Shown here piece after piece: positions 8,909 to 16,796 of a DNA stretch of 57,375 nucleotides. The DNA is from Chitinophaga pinensis (lineage in GTDB: Bacteria; Bacteroidota; Bacteroidia; Chitinophagales; LD1), in NCBI GenBank assembly GCA_945867505.1, contig CAMBIM010000001.1:1-57375 (forward strand), in the 5' to 3' direction. Below the pieces are notes generated by a model. It did no database searches, was not told the origin of the DNA, and saw only the letters and a program-made list of their open reading frames with translations. Made by a program: the position numbers and the translations under genes. The first letter of the stretch is position 1; each line of letters opens with the position of its first letter.

Positions 8909-10048
8909 ATGAAATTCGGAACAAAAGCAATTCATGCAGGTTTAGAACCCGACCCAACTACCGGAGCTATTATGACTCCTATTTTTCAAACATCTACTTA
9001 CGTGCAGGAATCTCCGGGAAAGAATAAAGGCTACGGTTACGCACGCGGGAAAAACCCGACACGTGTAGCTCTTGAAAAGAACTTAGCCGCTTTGGAAGAA
9101 GGCAAACATGCTATTTGTTTCAGCAGCGGTATGGGTGCTACCGATGCCGTGATAAAATTGTTAAGCCCCGGTGATGAGGTAATAACAGGTGACGATTTGT
9201 ATGGAGGTTCTTATAGAATGTTCACCAAAATATTTGAGCCGTATGGCATCAAGTTTCATTTCATCAACATGAGCGATGCGAGTAATATCAGCCAATATGT
9301 AAACGATAAAACGAAACTTATTTGGATTGAAACACCTACTAATCCAACCATGCAGATAGTAGATATAGAAGCCTGTGCCAAGATTGCGAAAGAGAAAAAT
9401 ATTCTGCTGGCGGTTGACAACACCTTTGCTTCGCCTTACCTACAAAACCCACTTTTACTCGGGGCTGATATTGTGATGCACAGCGTTACCAAATACTTAG
9501 GCGGACACAGCGATGTGGTAATGGGTGCATTGATTGTAAACGATGACAAACTGCACGAGCGTCTTTATTTTATCCTTAACTCCTGTGGGGCAAACCCTGG
9601 ACCAATGGATTCATTTTTGGTTTTGCGGGGTATTAAAACCCTGCACTTAAGAATGGAACGCCATTGCTATAACGGACGGAAAATTGCCGAGTATCTGAAA
9701 ACGCATCCGCGTATTGAAAAGGTTTACTGGCCGGGTTTTGAAGACCACCCGAACCATTTGATTGCAAAAAAACAGATGAAGGATTTTGGCGGAATGATTT
9801 CTATCGTTTTTAAAAATGCTTCGCTAGAAGATACGTTCAAACTGGCATCTTCTTTCAATGTATTCGCGTTAGCAGAATCGCTGGGAGGAGTGGAGTCGCT
9901 GGTAAACCATCCGGTAACCATGACCCATGCTTCGGTGCCAAAGGCAGAAAGAGAAAAAGTAGGCGTGGTAGATAACTTGTTGCGCTTAAGTGTAGGAGTA
10001 GAAGATGTAGAAGACTTATTGGAAGACTTGAAACAGGCTTTAGGGTAA
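8909..10048 (+). CDS. PLP-dependent Cys/Met metabolism enzyme (cystathionine gamma-synthase / beta- or gamma-lyase family)
   Basis: 379 aa. N-terminus FGTKAIHAG...TPIFQTSTY, the PLP-lysine motif SVTKYLGGHSD, and the C-terminal LLRLSVGVED are family hallmarks. The exact specificity cannot be assigned by eye. Confidence 0.85.
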   Translation: MKFGTKAIHAGLEPDPTTGAIMTPIFQTSTYVQESPGKNKGYGYARGKNPTRVALEKNLAALEEGKHAICFSSGMGATDAVIKLLSPGDEVITGDDLYGGSYRMFTKIFEPYGIKFHFINMSDASNISQYVNDKTKLIWIETPTNPTMQIVDIEACAKIAKEKNILLAVDNTFASPYLQNPLLLGADIVMHSVTKYLGGHSDVVMGALIVNDDKLHERLYFILNSCGANPGPMDSFLVLRGIKTLHLRMERHCYNGRKIAEYLKTHPRIEKVYWPGFEDHPNHLIAKKQMKDFGGMISIVFKNASLEDTFKLASSFNVFALAESLGGVESLVNHPVTMTHASVPKAEREKVGVVDNLLRLSVGVEDVEDLLEDLKQALG

Positions 10049-10080
10049 TATGAGGATTTGAGAATGAATACAAAAAGAAA

Positions 10081-10102
10081 AGCCCCGCAATTTTGCGGGG
10101 CT
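10081..10102. terminator. Bidirectional intrinsic terminator
   Basis: agccccgca / tgcggggct stem with a tttt loop, flanked by an A-rich run upstream and tttctttt downstream. It sits between convergent genes. Confidence 0.8.
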
Positions 10103-10125
10103 TTTCTTTTATGCTTGATAAAAAA

Positions 10126-11460
10126 TTAAAGAATTACGTCCTTCACCTTTACATCCTGTTTTTGCTTTTTAATTGTCAGCGTTTCTTTATCTAAAATATT
10201 ACGAACTGCTCCGTATTTAATGAAACGTTGTTTCACATATTTCTTCAGGTTCACGTCAACCAACTTGTTGTAGTTAACCGATACATCGTTTACGTTTTTA
10301 ATAATCTGGTCTCTTACAGATTTGTAATAATCCTCCTGCATCTTTTGGTCAGAGGTTGAAGGAACACTCTTACCTGTCACACTGTCTACAATCAAATTTA
10401 CCTGCGGTGCGTTGCGCATTAAGGCATCTAAGTTTTCCCCCAAATCCTGCAACGGCTTTAATACTTTTTCGTTATCTGTAATCAACTTTGCCATAGCGGC
10501 ATCGTTGGTTTGCCCAAACAAACCTTTTGCTTCATCTAAACGGAAATTTACCAGCGCATCGTAAGCACGGCATTTATCGCCCATAGATACATTGCCCGCC
10601 TTATCGTAAAGTTTAGAAGCCAACAAGTAGCTTCCTTTCTTCATGGTCTCAGCAGCCAGCTTTTCGTTGGCTTCATCGTTTTTCTTTTCTGCATTGGCAT
10701 CGCCCAAGCGCACAATCAAATTGTCGGCTTCTTCATCTCTGTGTTCTGCATATAAATAGTCGGCATATTTCTGAATACCCTCTGCCACACCACCGCTCAA
10801 ATAAGCATCAATAGCTTTTTGAAACTCGTTGCGGTTGTAATAAATATCGCCTGCTTTTTTAGCGGCTTCCGGTGTCTTTAATTTCAAGTAAGTTTCTGCA
10901 GCCTTCACTTCATTATCTCCGCCTTTTTCAAAAAGCTCTTTGGCAATCTGCTCTATCTTCACCTGTGCATCACCAATTAAATAATACTCCAATGCCTTAG
11001 GCGAGCCTTTCTCATTATATCTGTCGCCAATGGCACGCGCCCCTTCTTTGGTAGCTTCGGCTTTTGCAAACAGGTCCATAGCTTTACGAATAGACTTTGC
11101 TTCATTCTTTTCATCGCCACTAAACGCATCTTCTACATACGCTTCGGCTAATTTTTTCAAACCTTCTTTCTTTTCGGGTTTATCGCAGCGGCTGTAATTG
11201 CTTTGTGCGTTGGTGTAATCTTTCTTATCTAAAAACGCATCGCCAATCAGGGCATACATTTCGCGTTTCATGCCTCCTTTTTGAAACGACTCGGTAGCCT
11301 TCTGCACCATTTCATTTCGCTTGGCAGCATCCTTCTGCTCCATAGCTTTAGTCAATGTTTCCTTTCCCTTATCAATGTCTTTGTTCTGCGCATTCAACTG
11401 CACGCAACAGGCCAGCATCATCACAATACAGGCGGCTATGCTCATCGTTTTCTTACTCAT
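10126..11460 (-). CDS. Hypothetical secreted protein, Lys/Glu/Ala-rich with helical (TPR-like) repeats
   Basis: 444 aa with signal peptide MSKKTMSIAACIVMMLACCVQLNAQ. Recurring ...Y..GD.....K....A...Y helical-repeat pattern. No enzymatic motif recognised. Confidence 0.55.
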   Translation of the reverse strand: MSKKTMSIAACIVMMLACCVQLNAQNKDIDKGKETLTKAMEQKDAAKRNEMVQKATESFQKGGMKREMYALIGDAFLDKKDYTNAQSNYSRCDKPEKKEGLKKLAEAYVEDAFSGDEKNEAKSIRKAMDLFAKAEATKEGARAIGDRYNEKGSPKALEYYLIGDAQVKIEQIAKELFEKGGDNEVKAAETYLKLKTPEAAKKAGDIYYNRNEFQKAIDAYLSGGVAEGIQKYADYLYAEHRDEEADNLIVRLGDANAEKKNDEANEKLAAETMKKGSYLLASKLYDKAGNVSMGDKCRAYDALVNFRLDEAKGLFGQTNDAAMAKLITDNEKVLKPLQDLGENLDALMRNAPQVNLIVDSVTGKSVPSTSDQKMQEDYYKSVRDQIIKNVNDVSVNYNKLVDVNLKKYVKQRFIKYGAVRNILDKETLTIKKQKQDVKVKDVIL

Positions 11461-11530
11461 ATAATTTTGATTTAGTGAGATTATGGTTTAAATGTAAAAA
11501 CAACTTTGCTTTTCCAAAATATTATTTTCG

Positions 11531-12235
11531 TTGGCAATGAATCAACTCCTCCTTCTCATTGGTGTTTCGCTGGCACCTGGCATCTATCTTTCGGTGGTTA
11601 TTTACGGCAAAGACCAATACGATCGCGAACCCAAACGAATTTTGCTTACCGCTTTTCTCCTTGGTTGTTTGAGCATTCTGCCTGCTGTGGTTGTAGAAAA
11701 TTATTGGACGAACATCGGCTTTGGTGTATCCGAAAGTTTTTGGTGGACGATGTTTCACGCGTTTGTTGTCGTAGGTTTTACCGAAGAGTTTTTCAAATTT
11801 TTAATGCTGCGGTTTCATGCTTACCGCCATAAAGAATTTAACGAGCCCTTTGATGGTATTGTGTATGCCTCGTTTGTAGCCCTCGGTTTTGCCACGCTCG
11901 AAAACCTGCTTTATGTTTTGCAGGGTGGCTTATCGGTAGGCATTATGCGCATGTTTACTGCCGTGCCTGCACACTTTGCCTTTGGGGTAATTATGGGCTA
12001 CTATGTAGGCAAGTCAAAGTTTCCGGGAGCGAATAAAACAGCATGTCTGTTGCAGGGTTTGCTTTATGCTTCGTTTATGCACGGGGCTTACGACTTCTTT
12101 ATTATGCAAAAGAATTTCCCCGCACTCGGTATTTTCACTTTCGGCATTTTGATAATGGCGTGGCGCATTTCAAAACGCAGTATTGAAGAACTTCATGCCG
12201 ATTCGGTTTTCAGGTTTCACAATCCTTTGGTATAA
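11531..12235 (+). CDS. PrsW-family intramembrane metalloprotease
   Basis: 234 aa, polytopic. It carries the PrsW signature pair EEFFKFL (EExxK) and HGAYDF (HxxxD). Confidence 0.7.
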   Translation: MAMNQLLLLIGVSLAPGIYLSVVIYGKDQYDREPKRILLTAFLLGCLSILPAVVVENYWTNIGFGVSESFWWTMFHAFVVVGFTEEFFKFLMLRFHAYRHKEFNEPFDGIVYASFVALGFATLENLLYVLQGGLSVGIMRMFTAVPAHFAFGVIMGYYVGKSKFPGANKTACLLQGLLYASFMHGAYDFFIMQKNFPALGIFTFGILIMAWRISKRSIEELHADSVFRFHNPLV

Positions 12236-12243
12236 TCATAAAA

Positions 12244-12269
12244 TCCCGCTCCAATTTCTCGGAGCGGGA
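12244..12269 (+). terminator. Hairpin just after the prsW-like stop
   Basis: tcccgctcc / ggagcggga stem with an 8-nt loop. No T-run on the plus strand. The minus-strand reading is followed by attttat. Confidence 0.5.
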
Positions 12270-12509
12270 CTAAACAAAACTCAACTCACACTAAAATTGA
12301 GTGGTGCTTCAAATAAATTATTGCTTACTAAACTTCTTTACCGCTGTATTGCCTTTAGAGGTTTTTTATTGGATCTTCTAAATGCCTTGCATAGCGCAAG
12401 TTTATAACAGAAGCTATTTTCCTACGTGTCTTAAATGGCAACCTGACAGTTTGATGTGGTGTTAATTATGCAACAAGCACTTGTGCCTAACATTCAAGGC
12501 AAAAAAAAA

Positions 12510-12533
12510 GAGTGCGGTACCCCTACCGCACTC
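12510..12533 (-). terminator. Strong minus-strand intrinsic terminator with no annotated gene directly upstream
   Basis: gagtgcggta / taccgcactc stem, followed on the minus strand by a 9-T run (plus-strand A-run 12501-12509). Confidence 0.6.
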
Positions 12534-12653
12534 TCACACCATAAAACCCACTCCATACCCCTATGGAATATGATACGAAAATGAGAAATGAAATTCATAT
12601 TTAAAAGAGGCAATGTGTTAATGCCGATAAGATAAAACAGCCAGACATAAAAA

Positions 12654-12677
12654 ATAGCCGGGAACCACCCCGGCTAT
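12654..12677 (-). terminator. Intrinsic terminator of the 12706-13320 gene
   Basis: atagccggg / cccggctat stem, followed on the minus strand by a T-run (plus-strand A-run 12649-12653), about 30 nt after the stop. Confidence 0.7.
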
Positions 12678-12705
12678 TAACCATTTACCATTAAATAAGA
12701 AAAAC

Positions 12706-13320
12706 TTAAGAAGCCAGTGGTAATGGTTGTTGTATTTCGTTAGTAGCTTCTTCTTCCAGCATTACGGGCATACCGAACGCCATAAAAGAGAGCTTAGCAT
12801 TTGTCATTTTTAGATTAAAATCTACGGTGGGTTGTTCTTTTTTGCTTTGCACAAAAATCATGTCTAGTCCGTTCCAAACCAGAAACCAGCCCAGCGGGTC
12901 AATCATCATTTCTAAACCCTTTACCAGCATTAGTTCGCTAAAGTTGTGGCCTACGGTAACCATAAAAATGATAATGGCGAAACCGGCTACTGATAGTAAA
13001 CTGCCTGTGCGCAATATTTGGCGCATTTCGTTTTTAGCTGCTTGCGCTTTAGTAGCAAAGTAATCGTGTATGTTGCTGATGATAACCGATTCGGTTTCCG
13101 GATCTGGCTCATCGGCCATTAAGTTGAATTTAAGTTCTACGTTGGCAGACTCAACTTCGTGAACCAGTTTGCGCACCTCGGTCAAAAAATTGTCAGACAG
13201 GGTGCGAGCCTTAAAATGGCTCGAATCGTATTCCGAAAACAAGTCGTCATATCTATCTAACCAAATGCTTATCTCGCGGTATTCGTTAGGGTTTGTTTCA
13301 GTTGCTTCAATAGTGTCCAT
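12706..13320 (-). CDS. Hypothetical membrane protein
   Basis: 204 aa. An acidic soluble N-terminal half is followed by two hydrophobic segments (LLSVAGFAIIIFMV, LGWFLVWNGLDMIF). No family recognised. Confidence 0.5.
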   Translation of the reverse strand: MDTIEATETNPNEYREISIWLDRYDDLFSEYDSSHFKARTLSDNFLTEVRKLVHEVESANVELKFNLMADEPDPETESVIISNIHDYFATKAQAAKNEMRQILRTGSLLSVAGFAIIIFMVTVGHNFSELMLVKGLEMMIDPLGWFLVWNGLDMIFVQSKKEQPTVDFNLKMTNAKLSFMAFGMPVMLEEEATNEIQQPLPLAS

Positions 13321-13413
13321 AACCTACAGTTTTTAATTTTCTTTAAATAGAATTCAAAATCACGGGTTAATCTTTCCTCTATTGGGTTGAGCTGTTTGGT
13401 CCAGTTCTTCTGA

Positions 13414-13460
13414 ACCTTTGTTATCAGCGCTCCGCTTTTGTGCGGAACGCTGATAAAGGT
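13414..13460 (-). terminator. Imperfect long hairpin downstream of the collagen-like gene
   Basis: acctttgttatcagcgctccgc pairs with gcggaacgctgataaaggt, with one bulge and one mismatch. It lies 11 nt after the stop at 13471. Confidence 0.45.
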
Positions 13461-13470
13461 TTAGAGTTTA

Positions 13471-16400
13471 TTAGTTGATACGAACAATTTTAAGTGTAGT
13501 TTGTGATGTGCCTACTTCTGCTGCCATAGTTCCGCTTTCGCCACCAATGCTAATAGAAGCTGTTTGGCCGCTGGTCATAGAAACAATAGTTTGAGTAACA
13601 AGACTGCTGTAAGTAGTTCCTGAATATGGAGTAATGGCGAGTGTAGTTTCTGTTTCGGTAGCACTGTTTACTATAATTCTTGCTTTAATCCAGTTGTTGG
13701 TAGGACTTGAAGTAGAGTAACCGTTATTAACTATAATTTGGTAAGTACCAGTAGCCGGTGCGGTAAATATACCTGTGGAAGTGTTGTAAGCAGAACCCAC
13801 GTTGATAGAAGCCGAGTTGTAAGCTAAAGTGCTATAGCTGGAAGCCGGTGTGTATGAAGTAGTTCTTGTTGCAGACACTAAAATAGTAGGTCCTGTAGCT
13901 ACTGTAGCCCACGACAATGTTCCGCTACCGTTAGTGCTCAATGCCTGTCCGCTGGTTCCATCGGCACTTGGTAAGGTATAAGTAGTAGCACCTGCAGCCG
14001 CTGCCGGAGCAAAGCCTACATAGCCAGAAGTTGAACCTGATAAACGAAGTGTTCCCTTTACGTCTAACTTGCTGCCTGCCACCATTGTACCAATACCTAC
14101 GTTACCAAGGCTATCAAAAATTACGCGCTCTACGTTATTCGTGCGGAAACGCAGGCTCTTATTGTCTGTAGTGCCCATAAAGTTGGTTACAGCAGTAATA
14201 CCCGAGTTGCCGGTAAGACCCCAGTTTCCAGCACTTGGCGAAGCCCAGCTTAACACGCCCGAACCGTTGTTGGTTAGCACGCTACTGGCAGCACCCTGTG
14301 CAGTTGGTAAAGTAATAGAGTAAGATGATGAAGTAATACCCGAGTTAAGGGTTAGTGTATTAGAGTTGGTGTTGTTTCTGAACACAATCACCCCGTTAGT
14401 AGTGCTGGCTTTACCTAAGCCCATCGTGCCGTTTACATCTAACTTGTAAGTTGGGTTAGAGTTGTTAATACCTATGTTACCGGTGCCACTAATACGCATT
14501 CTTTCATTGGTAGTAGGGTCGGCTCCTCCGGTCATAAACACATAAGCCTTACCCGAAGTTCCTGCGCCCATATACATATCGCCACCAACGTTGTAGATGT
14601 ATGAATCATCCGGTCCACCCATGATTGCACTGGTGTTGCCACTGCCATTAATACCCATATCAATATAGTTGCTGGTTTCATCACCGTTGTTAGCCGTGGC
14701 CACAATATCTGATGAAGCAGATGCGCCCGATGAAAGGTTTTGAACGTTTAACTGTAAGTAGTTGTTAATAGTTCCTTTGGCTACAATAGCATTTACCGAA
14801 GAAGTAGTTCCGCAATCCACCAACAATTTTTCAGGGAAAGTAGAATAACTCGGCACCGTAGTGCTTGAACCAAAGCGGGCGTTACCCAAGCTGTCAATTA
14901 CAAAGCGTTCAGCATTGTTAGTGCGCACACGCAAGCTCTTGTTATCGGTAGTTCCTAAAAAATTAGTAGCAAAAGTAGTTCCGGTAGTTCCGGTAATGCC
15001 CCATGCGTTAGTGGCACCATCGGCACCAGTTGCTCCCGTTGCACCTGCTGCGCCAGTAGCGCCTACTGCACCCGCAGCTCCTGTTGCACCTGCTGCACCG
15101 GCAGTTCCTGCTGTGCCCGTAGCACCGGTTGCACCGGTTGCACCTGTAGCACCTGTAGCACCTGCAGTACCGGTTGCTCCATCCAGGTTGCAAGACCATG
15201 ATGAATAACTGCTGCCTGCAGCCGTAGTAGAAGTACATTGTATGGTAATAGAGCCTGTGCCCGAGTTATAAGATGTAACGGTTCCGCGGAAAAGATTTGC
15301 AGGAGTGCTTACCGGTGTTACCACTACTGTTTGATTAACCGAATAGGCAAGTCCTGTTCCTACTGTAAAAGTTTCAGAAGCACTAACTGCCGGAATAGTA
15401 AAAGTAGTTGCGCTTGTCGTATTGTATCTGTCACCATTGGCACCATCGGCACCTGTTGCTCCTGTTGCACCCGTAGCTCCAGCTGCGCCAGTTGCGCCAT
15501 CGGCACCTGCCGCACCTGCTGCTCCATTGGCACCTGCTGCTCCTGTAGCACCTGTTGCTCCTACTGCTCCTGCTGCGCCATCTGCACCCGTTGCGCCTGT
15601 AGGGCCTGAACTTAAAGCTACCCAGCTTAATACTCCCGAACCGTTATTGCTTAACACCTGACCTGCCGAAGCCTGCGCTGTAGGCAGGGTTAAAGAATAA
15701 GAAGCTGAAGTTATTCCAGAATTAACTGTTACTGTGCGGTTATTGCTGCTGTTAGAAAACACTAATGAGCCGTTAGTAGTGCTTGATTTACCTGTGCGGA
15801 TTGTTCCGTTTACATCTAATGGATAAGCAGGAGCAGTTACGCCAATACCTACATTCCCTGAACCGTCAATACGCATTCTCTCGTTTGTAGATTCGCTCGT
15901 TCCGCCTGTAAGAAACTGAATAGCTTTAGAAGCCGTAGCCGTTCCAATTAATAAATCTTGCCCTACGTTGTAGATGTAGGCATCGTTAGCCACACCCATT
16001 ATACCGGCATTGTTACCGCTGCCGTTAATTCCCATATCTATATAGTTAGTCACTTCACTTCCGTTATCGGCAGTTGCTACTACATCGCTGGATGCAGAAG
16101 TACCGTTAGAAGTGTTTCTGATGTTCAATTGCAAATAGTTATTGATATTACCTTTACCTACAATGGCATTAACCGATGAAGTGTTACCGGCATCTACCAC
16201 AAACTTTTCAGGATTAGTAGCATCGAAAGTAGAAGTGCCTACGCCCACATTGCTGCCATCGTTGTGAAGGCTGCTACTGTTTAACACCCAGTTGCTGCCA
16301 TCCCAATAGGGAGTGTTGCCTACTGCTGTCCCAGGGCTTAAGAAGCCATCGGCACCGGCAGAACCTGCCGAGCTGTATTTGCGCCAATCAGCACCGTTAC

Positions 16401-16776
16401 TTATATAAGTATTGGCTTCCTGCGCTTCAATAGTATCAGCCGCAGCACCATCAATAGTTTGGGGGCTGGTAGTTACTATACGTGCAATAGGACCGGCAGA
16501 AGCATTTACATTTTTAATCATGTAAATTCTACCCTTGCAGGCAATCGCATCGGGTAGTGTAATCGAGTCAGCAGCCGTGCCGCTAAACTCAAGTGCATAA
16601 TCGTTTACGCTTAATACAGTAGAGCTGTCTACAGCTCTGTAGCCGGTAGCAAACGATCCGTCTACCTGTAGTTTTGAATTAGGTGTAGTAGTGGCTACTC
16701 CAATGTTTCCGCTTTGTGCCGAAACAGTTGTTGCGCCAAGCAACACCATGAACAATAGAAGGTTTAACTTTTTCAT
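13471..16776 (-). CDS. Secreted collagen-triplet repeat fibre protein with a C1q/TNF-like C-terminal head (tail-fibre-like)
   Basis: 1101 aa with signal peptide MKKLNLLLFMVLLGATTVSAQ. Two uninterrupted Gly-X-Y tracts (aa 391-450 and 533-589). A duplicated module of about 200 aa (aa 190-388 and 649-846). The C-terminal 140 aa carry a C1q-like pattern (GIFTAPATGTYQI ... SGQTASISIG ... LKIVRIN). No T9SS CTD or lipobox seen. Confidence 0.8.
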   Translation of the reverse strand: MKKLNLLLFMVLLGATTVSAQSGNIGVATTTPNSKLQVDGSFATGYRAVDSSTVLSVNDYALEFSGTAADSITLPDAIACKGRIYMIKNVNASAGPIARIVTTSPQTIDGAAADTIEAQEANTYISNGADWRKYSSAGSAGADGFLSPGTAVGNTPYWDGSNWVLNSSSLHNDGSNVGVGTSTFDATNPEKFVVDAGNTSSVNAIVGKGNINNYLQLNIRNTSNGTSASSDVVATADNGSEVTNYIDMGINGSGNNAGIMGVANDAYIYNVGQDLLIGTATASKAIQFLTGGTSESTNERMRIDGSGNVGIGVTAPAYPLDVNGTIRTGKSSTTNGSLVFSNSSNNRTVTVNSGITSASYSLTLPTAQASAGQVLSNNGSGVLSWVALSSGPTGATGADGAAGAVGATGATGAAGANGAAGAAGADGATGAAGATGATGATGADGANGDRYNTTSATTFTIPAVSASETFTVGTGLAYSVNQTVVVTPVSTPANLFRGTVTSYNSGTGSITIQCTSTTAAGSSYSSWSCNLDGATGTAGATGATGATGATGATGTAGTAGAAGATGAAGAVGATGAAGATGATGADGATNAWGITGTTGTTFATNFLGTTDNKSLRVRTNNAERFVIDSLGNARFGSSTTVPSYSTFPEKLLVDCGTTSSVNAIVAKGTINNYLQLNVQNLSSGASASSDIVATANNGDETSNYIDMGINGSGNTSAIMGGPDDSYIYNVGGDMYMGAGTSGKAYVFMTGGADPTTNERMRISGTGNIGINNSNPTYKLDVNGTMGLGKASTTNGVIVFRNNTNSNTLTLNSGITSSSYSITLPTAQGAASSVLTNNGSGVLSWASPSAGNWGLTGNSGITAVTNFMGTTDNKSLRFRTNNVERVIFDSLGNVGIGTMVAGSKLDVKGTLRLSGSTSGYVGFAPAAAAGATTYTLPSADGTSGQALSTNGSGTLSWATVATGPTILVSATRTTSYTPASSYSTLAYNSASINVGSAYNTSTGIFTAPATGTYQIIVNNGYSTSSPTNNWIKARIIVNSATETETTLAITPYSGTTYSSLVTQTIVSMTSGQTASISIGGESGTMAAEVGTSQTTLKIVRIN
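15010..15180 (-). repeat. Collagen-like Gly-X-Y tract 2 (19 triplets; 9-nt periodic GC-rich DNA)
   Basis: Encodes GATGTAGATGATGATGATGATGTAGTAGAAGATGAAGAVGATGAAGATGATGADGAT (aa 533-589). Confidence 0.9.
15427..15606 (-). repeat. Collagen-like Gly-X-Y tract 1 (20 triplets)
   Basis: Encodes GPTGATGADGAAGAVGATGATGAAGANGAAGAAGADGATGAAGATGATGATGADGANGDR (aa 391-450). Confidence 0.9.
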
Positions 16777-16796
16777 TTTAATTGGTTTTGGTTTTC

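Noticed and set aside
11281-11832. Overlapping plus-strand and minus-strand ORFs around the prsW-like start (11281-11475, 11355-11540, 11506-11832, 11522-11758)
   Set aside because: They overlap the well-supported 10126-11460 and 11531-12235 genes out of frame. Their Cys/Arg-rich or otherwise odd compositions are typical of non-coding frames.
12466-12582. 38-codon plus-strand ORF (MQQALVPNIQGKKKECGTPTALSHHKTHSIPLWNMIRK) in the gene-free region
   Set aside because: It reads straight through the terminator hairpin and its A-run. It has no signal peptide or motif and no promoter box, so it is most likely fortuitous.
13474-13893. Diversity-generating retroelement targeting the C-terminal head of the fibre protein
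   Set aside because: There is no reverse transcriptase gene in the window. I also could not find a template-repeat copy of the C-terminal coding region near the locus.
15010-15606. Periodic short repeats that could superficially suggest a CRISPR array or a satellite
   Set aside because: The period is 9 nt, with no unique spacers, and the repeats lie in-frame inside a long ORF. They are collagen-like codon repeats. No cas genes are present anywhere in the window.
14069-15661. Plus-strand ORFs antisense to the fibre gene (14069-14323, 14861-15208, 15238-15609, 15422-15661), some encoding PVAPVAPAAP-type repeats
   Set aside because: They are mirror images of the minus-strand Gly-X-Y and Thr/Ser-rich coding sequence. 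The minus-strand ORF is 1101 aa and uninterrupted, with a signal peptide and domain structure. The antisense products are low-complexity and have no start context.
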